Origin: a virus
Length of the DNA: 64,000 bases
Strand: one strand, 5' to 3'
IMG/VR virus record: IMGVR_UViG_2918486186_000008
Location: 892-64,891 of that record
Shown one piece after another: positions 1 to 8,939 of this stretch. The notes beneath the pieces are model-generated. The model was not told the DNA's origin and searched no databases. It worked only from the letters and a program-made list of their open reading frames with translations. A program made the position numbers and the translations under genes. Position 1 is the stretch's first letter, and every line of letters starts with the position of its first letter.

Positions 1-608
1 ACCTCCAGTGCGATGCCATGCTCGCGGGCGGCTGTGGCCGGCTTCTCGCCCGTGTAGCCCTGATCGACGAAGGCGACCTCGACGCTCTCGCCGGTGGCCG
101 CCTGCACGGCCTTGGCCAGCCGGCCGACCTGAGCGCGATCATCGGCATCGGCGGGCGTGACGTGCAGCGCCAGGAGATGGCCGAGGGTGTCCACCGCCAT
201 GTGCAGCTTCGAGCCCTTCTTGCGCTTGGCCCCATCGTAGCCGGCCCGCTCGCCGCTCTCGGGCGAGGAGCGCAAAGTCCGGCTGTCGAGCACAGCCGCC
301 GTCGGCTCCGGCGCGCGACCCGACGCCGTGCGCAGCACCGCGCGCAGATCCTCGGCCAGTTGCTCGAAACAGCCGGCAGCCAGCCAACGCTGGGCCTGCT
401 GATACACGGCAAACCAGGGCGGCAGATCATGCGGCATCAGCCGCCACGGGCAGCCGCTTCGCACCACGTAGCGCAGGCCGTTGAACACCTCGCGCAACGC
501 ATGCTCACGCTGACCGGCATCTTCACGCAGCAGCGTCAGGTAGGGCGCAACCAGCGCCCACTCCTCATCGGAAACGTCGGACGGATACGGCTTGCGGGGA
601 GCGCTCAT
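1..608 (-). CDS. IS5-family DDE transposase (3' end truncated by the window edge)
   Basis: Manual translation, not in the ORF track: MSAPRKPYPSDVSDEEW...AAVLDSRTLRS...GYDGAKRKKGSKLHMAVDTLG...FVDQGYTG, typical IS5 DDE motifs. Confidence 0.93.
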   Translation of the reverse strand, partial: MSAPRKPYPSDVSDEEWALVAPYLTLLREDAGQREHALREVFNGLRYVVRSGCPWRLMPHDLPPWFAVYQQAQRWLAAGCFEQLAEDLRAVLRTASGRAPEPTAAVLDSRTLRSSPESGERAGYDGAKRKKGSKLHMAVDTLGHLLALHVTPADADDRAQVGRLAKAVQAATGESVEVAFVDQGYTGEKPATAAREHGIALE

Positions 609-654
609 CCCCGCTCATCTGAGCACAGACCCGCCCCAGGTCCATAACAGCCTC
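1..654 (-). mobile_element. IS5-family insertion sequence (left end; the rest runs off the window)
   Basis: Transposase on the minus strand; element end GAGGCTGTTATGGAC next to a CTAG target (654-657). Confidence 0.9.
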
Positions 655-896
655 TAGGCGGCTGAGCGGAGACGCATCTGGTTGTCGTCGAGGCCAGCCC
701 AGCGCCGGATCACCTTCAGGCGGTAGGCGGCGTAGAGGTGCTTGAGGTGGTCGGCGCAGCTCTTGGCGAGCGAGGAGCGGGCGAGCGGCGCCCAGTCGTC
801 GCCGGCGCAGGCGATGCACTCCAGCCGGTCGTTGAGGAGCTCCGCGTTCTCGAAGCAGTGGCACTTGGTGCAGGCGAGGATGGCCATGTCAGGCAC
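654..896 (-). CDS. hypothetical Cys-rich protein; stop codon coincides with the IS insertion site
   Basis: 80-aa ORF with CxxCxC and CxxC motifs; overlaps the stop of the upstream gene. Confidence 0.55.
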   Translation of the reverse strand: MPDMAILACTKCHCFENAELLNDRLECIACAGDDWAPLARSSLAKSCADHLKHLYAAYRLKVIRRWAGLDDNQMRLRSAA

Positions 897-1587
897 TCAC
901 CGTCATGGCGTGCTGGGCGTGGTCGGCCTCGATGGCGTCCTCACGCTCGGCCGTGGTCGCCCGCTCGTGCAGGTAGGCGGTCGCCTCCTGCTGCATGTCC
1001 TTGGGCAGCGCCTCGAACAGCGCGGTGCGGATCCGGTTGAGCAGGTCCCACGCTTCGCCCGTGTCGGTGTGCTGGGCCCGACCACAGGCGACCGCGAAAT
1101 CGTCGATGGACTCGATCACGTCGGCGCAGGTGTCGCGCGCCTTGAGCAGGTCCGGGACCATGACGCCATCGTGCCCATGCTCCTCGCTGAAGGCGCACTC
1201 CTCGCCCTCGTGGTTGATGACGTCGGTGACGTAGGGGAGCGCGTCGTCCCGGTGCTCCATGCGGGGCGCGCCGGCTCGGCCGTCCGTGACCATCTCGCGG
1301 GCGATGCCGGCGGCCTGGTCCGGGTCGGTCGCCTCGATCAGCAGCTCGTAGCGGGTGTAGGCGCAGTCCTCGATCAGGACGACGCGGTGCGTGGCGACCA
1401 CCTCGAAGACGTCGACGCCGATGACCAGGTGCAGTGTCCGGCCGCTGTCCCACTTCACGCCGATCTGGCCCGGGCCGGCGCTGACGTAGAGGATGGTGCC
1501 GAGGCTGCCCGGCTCGATGGGGCACGGATCGTTCGGCATCTCGAGGAGGCGGATCCGGTCGCCGACCGATGGGAGAAGGTGTGTCAT
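889..1587 (-). CDS. DUF4314 domain-containing protein
   Basis: N-terminal GDRIRLLEMPNDPCPIEPGSLGT...IGVKWDSGRTLHLVIGVD matches the DUF4314 pattern; start moved to ATG 1587. Confidence 0.7.
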   Translation of the reverse strand: MTHLLPSVGDRIRLLEMPNDPCPIEPGSLGTILYVSAGPGQIGVKWDSGRTLHLVIGVDVFEVVATHRVVLIEDCAYTRYELLIEATDPDQAAGIAREMVTDGRAGAPRMEHRDDALPYVTDVINHEGEECAFSEEHGHDGVMVPDLLKARDTCADVIESIDDFAVACGRAQHTDTGEAWDLLNRIRTALFEALPKDMQQEATAYLHERATTAEREDAIEADHAQHAMTVSA

Positions 1588-1753
1588 CGCTGACTGACTT
1601 CCTGTGTGCGCGTTGTCTGCTCTGACAACGTAGCTGCGCAGCACGAACGTGTCGGCTGGGGCTGTGTGGCAAGTCAGTGGTGACTGAACTGTGAACGCGC
1701 GTCAAGCTCGGATTGGTCCGGATCGTGGCACGGGGCGCTCGGGAATATCCGGT

Positions 1754-1814
1754 GCCATGGGCCTGTAATTAGAAGTATAGATAAGTAGTAAATTAGTAAT
1801 TACAGGCCGATGGC
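1754..1814. repeat. 18-bp inverted repeat around a 25-bp AT-rich spacer
   Basis: GCCATGGGCCTGTAATTA (1754-1771) versus TAATTACAGGCCGATGGC (1797-1814), 1 mismatch. Confidence 0.85.
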
Positions 1815-2049
1815 GGTGGAATCCATGGTTCCGGGATGGAATGCCGTGCCGGCTACGCTTACGGCTCCCCTACCCTCTTGATTTCGGGCGCAGACGCGCG
1901 ATTATCTATACGATCACGTCGGGCCGCTGGAGCAAGCTGGCAGCCCGGGAGTGGGCCGGGAGGCCTCGTGAACCTCCCGAACCTTTCAGTGGCTAGGTCA
2001 ACCGAGCTGGATGCGGAGGATCAGTAGCAAGCTGGTCCTCCGCACACAT

Positions 2050-2487
2050 TTAAGATCGAGGAGTTTGTTCGAAGTTGGCCCCAGCGCGCCTAACTTCTGC
2101 GGCCATATAATCATATATTTTTTCAAAGAAACTCTTAGGAAATTGGCCGTAAATCACTGTAGCCGGTTCTTTATCGGGGACGGGTCGTAAGTCGGTTCCG
2201 GGCCAAGGAAACAGATTTACTTCCGTATAGATTACCCATTGGCGGTCCGCGTCCAAACCGAGTCGCTCTTTAATTTTATTTGGGATTTCAATGCCTGCAT
2301 CCGGCTCCTCGGGAGGAGAATGCGTTATCGGCGCTACTAAGCATTGGCCTGATGCCGCATCTCTCGCGATCATCAAAACTGCGGGGCGAACCTTCTTAGG
2401 CTTTGTCTCGCCCTCCCTACGCTCGCGTGCCCATAGGTAATTAAATCTAACAACAGTGCCTGGTGTGGGTGGTGCTGGTGGTATCAC
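2050..2487 (-). CDS. PemK/MazF-like toxin
   Basis: PGTVVRFNYLW...KKVRPAVL...VAPITHSPP, PemK-like signature; downstream of the antitoxin gene; low GC. Confidence 0.75.
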   Translation of the reverse strand: MIPPAPPTPGTVVRFNYLWARERREGETKPKKVRPAVLMIARDAASGQCLVAPITHSPPEEPDAGIEIPNKIKERLGLDADRQWVIYTEVNLFPWPGTDLRPVPDKEPATVIYGQFPKSFFEKIYDYMAAEVRRAGANFEQTPRS

Positions 2488-2498
2488 AATGCGAAATC

Positions 2499-2804
2499 CT
2501 AATATTCATATTCCTCCAAATCAGACGGCGGCGCTTCCAGAATCATTTGAGCGACGTCTGGCGGGAGATTGTCAATTGTATAAGCTTGGCGGTCACTTTT
2601 AGTGTCGCCAATTTTCAATAAGTTAAGAGCGGCTTCGAGAGCTTCCAGCATCTCTATGAAATCCGAGTAATCAACAACTACTGTGCTAGGCTTGCCATCT
2701 TCTTTGACAAGAACGGGCTTGCGATGCGCCTTATCGCGATAGAACTTAGGTTCCCTATCGAACTCGGTGACATCTGCTTCTATAGAAAATTCTAAAACGT
2801 CCAT
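2499..2804 (-). CDS. Phd/YefM-like antitoxin
   Basis: VTEFDREPKFYRDKAHRKPVLVKEDGKPSTVVVDYSDF, Phd fold pattern; upstream of the toxin gene. Confidence 0.7.
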   Translation of the reverse strand: MDVLEFSIEADVTEFDREPKFYRDKAHRKPVLVKEDGKPSTVVVDYSDFIEMLEALEAALNLLKIGDTKSDRQAYTIDNLPPDVAQMILEAPPSDLEEYEY

Positions 2805-2846
2805 TTAAATCATCGCCTTCGGTGGCCGGGCAAGCGACTTCGACCT

Positions 2847-2875
2847 GATATACGCGCTAGTCGTCAATTTGTCAA
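2847..2875 (-). promoter_or_regulatory. sigma70-like promoter of the TA operon
   Basis: TTGACA-N17-TATATC on the minus strand, next to an operator-like palindrome at 2881-2896. Confidence 0.65.
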
Positions 2876-3000
2876 TAAGTCAGTCAGTGCTGATTTTCTT
2901 TCGGTCGCCTGTCACAGCGTCTTAGGTTGTCTGCTTGCTGCATACGTATGATCAGCTACTTGACAGATAATTAGTAGGCGATCCGACAAATCTCGTGGCT

Positions 3001-3234
3001 TCAGTCCGCGCGTCGGGCGATGACCGCGGCGACGTTCTCCAGGCTGGCTGCGGCGATGGCCGCCTTCACTGCTCGGATCATCAACCCCTGCTCGGCCGAG
3101 GAGTATGCCTCCCAGGCAAGCACGGGGCATTCCTTGGTCGGGTGGAGCCGCACCCAGGCCCGGCGCCACTCGGCGAGCCAGGACTGGGTGGCGATCTGCG
3201 CGGTCAGCCCGTCGATCGGCGGCTTGGTCATCAC
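3001..3234 (-). CDS. hypothetical protein
   Basis: 77-aa ORF coupled to the upstream ORF (overlapping stop/start). Confidence 0.55.
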   Translation of the reverse strand: MMTKPPIDGLTAQIATQSWLAEWRRAWVRLHPTKECPVLAWEAYSSAEQGLMIRAVKAAIAAASLENVAAVIARRAD

Positions 3235-3773
3235 GCGGCGCGCCCGATGGTGCGGGTTGTCCGGCCAATACGACCTTTCAAGCCGGTGCGGATCAGGCTC
3301 TCGGCGTGGGCCTCGGCCAGGTGCCCGGGCAGGTGGATGGAGTTGCCGCTCTCGTTGATCGCCCAGGTCAGGTGGTCGATCACGGCGTTGGCCTCGCCAG
3401 CCTGCCGTGCGTAGGCGTCAGCCGCCCTCCCCTGCTCCACCGAGTCGACCTTGTAGGCCTCGAGCTCTGTGCGCAGGTCGGCGTTCTCCTCGCTCAGCTC
3501 CTGGACCTGAGCCGTGAGCCGGAAGTGCTCGGCGAGCGCCGCGGCGACGTTGAGGCCGCCCTGCACGTCCATTCGGCGCCAGCGCGCCCGGACGTCGTCG
3601 ATGTAGCCGAGCGTCTGGCGCACCCGATACTGCACCAGGTCTTCGGCGCCCGCCTCGATCTGCGCCGCGCGCTTGCGGGCGCCGGCGAGGATGAACCGGG
3701 AGACGGCGAAGGAGCCGAGGATCATGGCGGCGCCGGCCGTGCCGGTCAGTGTGGGGAGGATCAGGAGGTCCAT
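3231..3773 (-). CDS. hypothetical membrane-anchored coiled-coil protein
   Basis: Start at MDLLILPTLTG...; N-terminal hydrophobic helix; lies behind the conserved promoter/operator at 3792-3831. Confidence 0.65.
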   Translation of the reverse strand: MDLLILPTLTGTAGAAMILGSFAVSRFILAGARKRAAQIEAGAEDLVQYRVRQTLGYIDDVRARWRRMDVQGGLNVAAALAEHFRLTAQVQELSEENADLRTELEAYKVDSVEQGRAADAYARQAGEANAVIDHLTWAINESGNSIHLPGHLAEAHAESLIRTGLKGRIGRTTRTIGRAA

Positions 3774-3809
3774 GTGCTGTGCTCCGGTCGTGAGTAAGTG
3801 CTGACTGAC

Positions 3810-3831
3810 TATAGCGCGAGAGCGTCGGGTT
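3810..3831 (-). promoter_or_regulatory. conserved bipartite promoter AACCCGA-N8-CGCTATA with downstream operator (3792-3807)
   Basis: Exact consensus match. Confidence 0.75.
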
Positions 3832-3834
3832 GCA

Positions 3835-4761
3835 TCAGGCGAGATGCGGAAGCAGCGCGACCAGGGTGACGAAGGCCATGAGCACGCCGGCGACGGCGAG
3901 CTTGGCCAACCAGGGCGACTCATTCGGTAGGCGCGGCCTGTTCACCAGCTTCGTCGGCACGAAGGCTTCGCCGAGCTTGAGGTGCTTGCTCTGCGTGGGC
4001 GCGACGGAGATGAGGACCGGCTGCTTGCCGATGGCGATGCCGAAGCCCCAGAACTGGCCTGGGTCGAGGTCGCGTAGACCCAGCGCCTCGTCGCTCTTGA
4101 GCGGGAAGCCCAGATTGTTCGCCGCGGCGTTGCGGTCAAGCACCTGCCCGACCCGGCCGACGAGCCAGGTGTTGCACTCGCCGGTGGCGTCCTTCGTGAT
4201 CTTGGCGAGCCGCTGGGTGCAGAGGATGCCGGTGAACCCGCGCTTCCGGCCCTGGCTCATCAGCGTGCAGATCGCGCGCCGAGAGGTGTCGGCCGGCCCG
4301 GACTGCGGGGCGTAGCGGTGCGCCTCGTCGATCACGACGAATGCGGGCTGCCAGAGGTCGCGCGGCTGGGTCATGAGCGCGTCGAGGAACTTGCCGATCC
4401 AGAGGCGCTGCGCGTCCATACCCTCGGTGTCGTTGAACTGGATGATGACCGAGGTCTTGGTCTCCAGGATCCACCGGGCGAGCCGGAAGGCTGCGCCGCG
4501 CGGCGCATCGGCGTGCGGGCCGCCGAAGATCACGTAGGGGTGGAGCTGGCGCAGGGTGTGGAACTCCTGCTCGGGGTCGATGATGATCTGCACCCCGTGG
4601 CCCCAGAGCTGCTCGAGGACCTTGCGCACCGTGTGCGTCTTGCCGGCGCCCGTGTTGCCGATGATCGCGAGGTGGGTGCCGGTGAGCTTGTCGGCGTCGA
4701 GGGCGATCTCCTGCCCGTTTGCGTCGTGACCGATCATTCGCGCGTTCTCGCTTGCTGTCAT
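3835..4761 (-). CDS. HerA/DUF87-like P-loop ATPase with C-terminal TM helix
   Basis: Walker A GNTGAGKT, Walker B VVIDEAH, GRKRG and TQR motifs; hydrophobic C-terminus. Confidence 0.8.
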   Translation of the reverse strand: MTASENARMIGHDANGQEIALDADKLTGTHLAIIGNTGAGKTHTVRKVLEQLWGHGVQIIIDPEQEFHTLRQLHPYVIFGGPHADAPRGAAFRLARWILETKTSVIIQFNDTEGMDAQRLWIGKFLDALMTQPRDLWQPAFVVIDEAHRYAPQSGPADTSRRAICTLMSQGRKRGFTGILCTQRLAKITKDATGECNTWLVGRVGQVLDRNAAANNLGFPLKSDEALGLRDLDPGQFWGFGIAIGKQPVLISVAPTQSKHLKLGEAFVPTKLVNRPRLPNESPWLAKLAVAGVLMAFVTLVALLPHLA

Positions 4762-4780
4762 GCGAGAATGCGCGAATGAC
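4733..4780. repeat. 8-bp periodic array forming an 18-bp inverted repeat
   Basis: ATCATTCG CGCGTTCT CGCTTGCT GTCATGCG AGAATGCG CGAATGAC. Confidence 0.75.
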
Positions 4781-5061
4781 GATCGGGGAACTACTGGCAG
4801 CGCTCGGGGTCTTCTAGGGCTGCGCGCGTCTCGTGCTTCTGCTGGGCGCGTGCGCGCTGGTGCTGGAGCACGGTGTCCCGGGTCTGCGCCCGCTTGCTGC
4901 GCCGGTTGGCGTAGGTCTCGGACGGGAAGGTGTCGTGGCCGGGGCAGCAGCCGCTGTCCCCGCGCCGGCGGCCGTAGGGCTTCACGGCTCCTCCTGGATC
5001 AGGTCGGACGGGCGGCTCTCTCCGTCCTCGATGATGGTGCCGTCCTGCGTGATGATCCGGT

Positions 5062-5472
5062 TCATGCAGCCTCCTCGAGCAGGTCCTCGCTGCACACGCC
5101 GTCGGCGATCTTGCGCTCGATCCGCGCCTTGAAATGGGCGGTGGATTTCGAGAGCACCCGGAGGATCTCGGCCTCCTCGCACTCGTCCGCGGAGATCTCG
5201 GCCGTCTCGCACAGGGCAAGCACGCTGATCCCGAGGCCGCCGACCTCCTGGCGCAGCGCGCCCGGCGGATTGGCGTAGACCTTGGCCGTGAGCCCGGCGA
5301 TCTTCTCCTGCGGGTAGCCGGCCGCCTGGGCGAGCTCCAACGCCTCCTCCAGGACCCGCTCGGCCCGGAAGCGCAGGTTCAGGGTGCGCAGGCCGAACAC
5401 CCGGGTGATCCAGTCCTTCACGACGACCTGGCGCTTGTCCCGCGTGTAGCGGGTCTGGTGGGGAGTGAGCAC
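5062..5472 (-). CDS. MazG-like nucleotide pyrophosphohydrolase domain protein (putative)
   Basis: RVLEEALELAQA...QEVGG, resembling the MazG-like EExxE...E pattern. Confidence 0.5.
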   Translation of the reverse strand: MLTPHQTRYTRDKRQVVVKDWITRVFGLRTLNLRFRAERVLEEALELAQAAGYPQEKIAGLTAKVYANPPGALRQEVGGLGISVLALCETAEISADECEEAEILRVLSKSTAHFKARIERKIADGVCSEDLLEEAA

Positions 5473-5545
5473 GTTCGTCTCCTGGTAAGTCAGTGGTGAC
5501 TGTTGCAGATGGGCAACACGGCGCGCGAGAGCGCCCTGCCCGGTT

Positions 5546-5818
5546 CTAGTGGCTGGGCCCGGTGTCGATGCCGTCGCCGACGATGGCCGGATCGTTCGCC
5601 ATGCGCTCGAGGACCATCATGACCTCGGGGTAGCGCAAGGCGATCGAGAGGGCGATCAGCTTCCGGCCCTGTGCCTCCTGCGCGGGCGTCAGTGGGCCGT
5701 CGACGCCGGTCGAGAACACCTTGAAGGTGCCGTCGGGCTTGAGGATCACGCCGGCATCACCGTGTTCGATCGGTGAGGTTACGGTGTTCTCCAGGGTCAG
5801 CAGGGTGTTGGGCTTCAC
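5546..5818 (-). CDS. hypothetical protein
   Basis: 90-aa ORF with an SD (GGAG) and an upstream promoter-like TATAGCG at 5885. Confidence 0.65.
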   Translation of the reverse strand: MKPNTLLTLENTVTSPIEHGDAGVILKPDGTFKVFSTGVDGPLTPAQEAQGRKLIALSIALRYPEVMMVLERMANDPAIVGDGIDTGPSH

Positions 5819-5979
5819 GAGGTCTCCTTGTTGGCTGTGGATGCGCTGTGGATATGTGGCGCGTGTCGCGCTGTGCGTCTCATCTATAGCGCGCTGTCGC
5901 TCAGATTTTCGTGGCGTGTGTAGGAACCGATTGCTAGAACAAAAAGGGAACGGAACGACTCACCATAGGTTGAAAGCGT

Positions 5980-6010
5980 CGGAAGCCCCGGAGGGGGTCC
6001 GGGGCTTCCG
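5980..6010. terminator. perfect 13-bp GC hairpin (terminator-like, no U-tract)
   Basis: CGGAAGCCCCGGA-GGGGG-TCCGGGGCTTCCG. Confidence 0.45.
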
Positions 6011-6353
6011 CTGGTAGGTCTTCTTGGTGATGACCCGCTGCCTAAAGATTGGGCGTGCTAAAACTTTGGCGTTTGGGTTGCGGCACTTAGGGGATTTTTT
6101 CTCCATGGCTCAGCTTCTTCATGAACGTGTTGTGAAATTAGCGATTTTTTCCTGCGGTGTCGGTTGGAATGTCACGGAAACCTGCGAGGTCTGCAAAATT
6201 TCGCTACCACGACCGCTGGTTACGCCCGTAACCCACTAGCATGTTAACGCTGTCCGATTTATGGACAGCTACGGCCCCGGGTGATTGGCGACCCGGAAGC
6301 AATGCGGCCCGTCTTCACACCACACACAAGAAATCCCGGGAGCCTCACACACG

Positions 6354-6947
6354 ATGTCAGAGGTGTCGGTCAATCGCTTCCACGACATGAGCTCCGAACT
6401 CGTAGCTCGGATCGAGGATACGCTTGCTCACTACGCACGCGAGCACGGACAAGTCTACAGTGCCGTGGCGATGTCCCAATCGCATCAGTCGATTAGGGAT
6501 CTCGCTCAAGACGCCCTCACGTTCGGAATGGACATCTGGACCCACGGGTCCGGGGGCAGCGACGACGACTACGGTGGGAATGTTGTCCGCCTGCCGGTCG
6601 GACGCTCGCGGCGCCGCCCTAGGGCGTTCGCCGGCGTTCGCATGGCCATGTCGATCATCGGGGCCGTGACGGGCTCCACGATCATCGCGGCCGCGACGAC
6701 GGAGACGGTGAGCCTGCCCGGGTTCCACCAAGTCGCCAGCTTCATCTTCTCCAAGAACGCGCCGCCCGAGTCCGTGCGGATCGTCGAGGATCACGGTCAC
6801 GTCTACCGCATGCGGTTCACCCGGCATCCGGGCGAGCCGTGGGACGTGGTCCATCTCGAGGAGACCAAGGAGCTGACACCCTCTGAGGTCGCGGGCTCTC
6901 GCCACGACGACGGCACGATGCTCGACGATCCGCCGTTCCACGGCTGA
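6354..6947 (+). CDS. hypothetical protein with a central hydrophobic segment
   Basis: Open frame with coding-like codon usage; start moved to ATG 6354. Confidence 0.6.
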   Translation: MSEVSVNRFHDMSSELVARIEDTLAHYAREHGQVYSAVAMSQSHQSIRDLAQDALTFGMDIWTHGSGGSDDDYGGNVVRLPVGRSRRRPRAFAGVRMAMSIIGAVTGSTIIAAATTETVSLPGFHQVASFIFSKNAPPESVRIVEDHGHVYRMRFTRHPGEPWDVVHLEETKELTPSEVAGSRHDDGTMLDDPPFHG

Positions 6948-6948
6948 G

Positions 6949-7281
6949 CTACCAGCTCCCCCACGCATAGCCGTCTTCGGGCACGCGCTCGAGGGCGGGT
7001 TCGACTGCCGGCGCCGGCTCCTCGATGGTCTGGTCGATTTCGGCCATGCGCGCATTCGCGATTGCGAGCAGCTTCTCCGCGTAGCCGGCGAGCGCCTTCC
7101 GGGCCCGGCGATATTGCCGCTGGGTCATGCGGTCGTCGTAGAGCGGGAGCTTGCGATGGATGTCCGCCAGGAACTCCGCGTCCGGGCCGTCGAAGCCCGC
7201 GGGCGCCAGCGCCTTGATCGCGCGCTTCACCGCGGCGTCGGAGCCGGCGATCAGCGCCAGGATGGTCTTTTCGGTGTGCAT
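6949..7281 (-). CDS. hypothetical protein
   Basis: 110-aa ORF with SD GAGGAG. Confidence 0.65.
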   Translation of the reverse strand: MHTEKTILALIAGSDAAVKRAIKALAPAGFDGPDAEFLADIHRKLPLYDDRMTQRQYRRARKALAGYAEKLLAIANARMAEIDQTIEEPAPAVEPALERVPEDGYAWGSW

Positions 7282-7418
7282 GTCGCTCCTCTCGTGTCGC
7301 TCTCGACACTCAGAAGCTACGACAGCCGTTCAGCCGGGTCGGGTGGCGATGCGAGGATTATTTTGCGTTCACGTTCGTTGACAGATCGCCGGCGTGCGCT
7401 CGGCAAATGGAGTATCTG

Positions 7419-7679
7419 ATGGCACGACACCTGTTCATCGCCGGTGCGTTCCTGCTCACGATCGCCACCGCTCAGGCTGCACCAAAGGAACAAAACTGGC
7501 CCGGAGGTGGGGGTTACAGCAGCGGCGGGTTCGGTGGAGGCAGCAGCGCGGCCCAGGCCGGGCAGATGCGGTTCGAGACTGACGTTCGCGGTCGAAGCGA
7601 GCGGAACCTCGGCGGTTTGCAGGATCGGCGCGGTTGCACCGGTCGACAGACACACAGTCACTCTCGACCCGACTGTTAA
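7419..7679 (+). CDS. small exported Gly-rich protein
   Basis: Signal peptide MARHLFIAGAFLLTIATAQA; GGAG SD. Confidence 0.55.
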   Translation: MARHLFIAGAFLLTIATAQAAPKEQNWPGGGGYSSGGFGGGSSAAQAGQMRFETDVRGRSERNLGGLQDRRGCTGRQTHSHSRPDC

Positions 7680-7682
7680 AAC

Positions 7683-7730
7683 GGCATTCGCGCATGCCGG
7701 CATGAGAGCATGCGCGAATGCCCTGATGCT
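7683..7730. repeat. 8-bp periodic array / 15-bp inverted repeat
   Basis: GGCATTCGCGCATGC-N10-GCATGCGCGAATGCC between convergent genes. Confidence 0.75.
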
Positions 7731-8332
7731 CACAGACCGGCGAAGTGCATCACCTTGCGACCGTAACTGGTGCAGCGCGGCCGCGCGCCGACGCCCGTGT
7801 TGTAGAGCGAGACGCCCGCGCAGGAGGCCCCTCCCCTGCTGATCGCCTGGCGCAGGTAGCGCATCGAGCCCGCGATGTTCTGGCGGCAGTCCATCGGGTT
7901 GCGCACGCCCATGGCCCGTGCCGTCGCCGGCATGAGCTGCCCTGCCCCGGCCGCACCCGAGCGGTTGCGGGCCCGGCAGTTGTAGCCGCTCTCCACCCGG
8001 ATGATCGCGTGGGCGATCCGCTGGGGCACGCCGGCGCGGGCCGCTTCCTGGGTGACGATCGCCTGGACGGAGCCGCCCTCGGCCTGGTCGGTGAGGCGGT
8101 TCAGCCCGCGGTTGATCCGGCGGACCGGCGCCTCGACGACGCGCTTGGTCTTCCCGAGAAGCTGATCGAGGAAGCTGGGCTCCTCGGCCGGCGCCTCGAC
8201 AGCGACTGGCTCCAGCGCCACGATCTGCGCGTGGTGCCGGTGGTGATGGTGATGACGGACCCGGGCCGCAGCCTCTCCCGTCGTGGCCGTGATCGTCAGT
8301 GCGACCATGGCCGCCAGCGTTACGAGGCGCAT
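7730..8332 (-). CDS. exported lytic transglycosylase (SLT domain)
   Basis: AIIRVESGYN, GAGQLMPATA and NIAGSMRYL SLT motifs; signal peptide; His-rich linker. Confidence 0.9.
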   Translation of the reverse strand: MRLVTLAAMVALTITATTGEAAARVRHHHHHRHHAQIVALEPVAVEAPAEEPSFLDQLLGKTKRVVEAPVRRINRGLNRLTDQAEGGSVQAIVTQEAARAGVPQRIAHAIIRVESGYNCRARNRSGAAGAGQLMPATARAMGVRNPMDCRQNIAGSMRYLRQAISRGGASCAGVSLYNTGVGARPRCTSYGRKVMHFAGL

Positions 8333-8360
8333 CCGCCCTCTCCTCTGTTGCACACCGAAC

Positions 8361-8401
8361 AAGTCAGTGCTGACTTATTATAGCGAGGGAGGGCCCGGGT
8401 T
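8361..8401 (-). promoter_or_regulatory. perfect operator AAGTCAGTGCTGACTT (8361-8376) directly downstream of the conserved promoter (8379-8401)
   Basis: Read directly from the sequence. Confidence 0.8.
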
Positions 8402-8666
8402 TGTCTGAACGCTGCCCGCCCGGCCGCTCGACCAGGCCGGGGATCGCGTGCGCGCGTCGCTGAGACGCTTCGCGTGCTGCGTGCTGTCGTCGTGCGCGCG
8501 AGCGCGCCCCGACGCTGTGCGAGCTTCTGAGAGCTTGCGCGCTCTCGCCCATTCGATCATGCGCGCACGCTCGCAAGCGCTCACGAAAAGACCCGAGCAG
8601 CGGGTGCTGCGCGGGCCAGGTTCTGCCAGAGCAAGTGGGCTGCGATATCGCCCCAGCAGATCGGCG

Positions 8667-8903
8667 TCAGACCGGGTCGCGGTCGCCGTCGTCGCTGCCG
8701 TTCGTCTCGCCCTGCTTCAGGAGCGGCAGGACCATCTTCAGCGGCTCCGTCGGCGAGCCCTTCCACTTCATGTCCTTCATCCCGAGCGTGATCTGCGAGC
8801 CGTTCGGCAGCGTCGCGGTGATCGTCTCGCCACCATCCGTGAACGCGAGCTGCGCGTCCGGATGAAAGAAGGGCCTGAAGATCTTGTCGGTGAAGGCGCT
8901 CAT
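8667..8903 (-). CDS. hypothetical protein
   Basis: 78-aa ORF with SD GGAG. Confidence 0.6.
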   Translation of the reverse strand: MSAFTDKIFRPFFHPDAQLAFTDGGETITATLPNGSQITLGMKDMKWKGSPTEPLKMVLPLLKQGETNGSDDGDRDPV

Positions 8904-8939
8904 TCTCGCATGCTCCTATGCGCGAAAGCGCGCCGTCTA

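Noticed and set aside
18-647. 209-aa plus-strand ORF
   Set aside because: Antisense shadow of the IS5 transposase, which is clearly on the minus strand.
1754-1814. Protelomerase telRL site
   Set aside because: The arms are separated by a 25-bp non-palindromic spacer, and no protelomerase gene is in the window.
5980-6010. Perfect hairpin as a small RNA gene
   Set aside because: No supporting promoter or U-tract was found; kept only as a low-confidence terminator.
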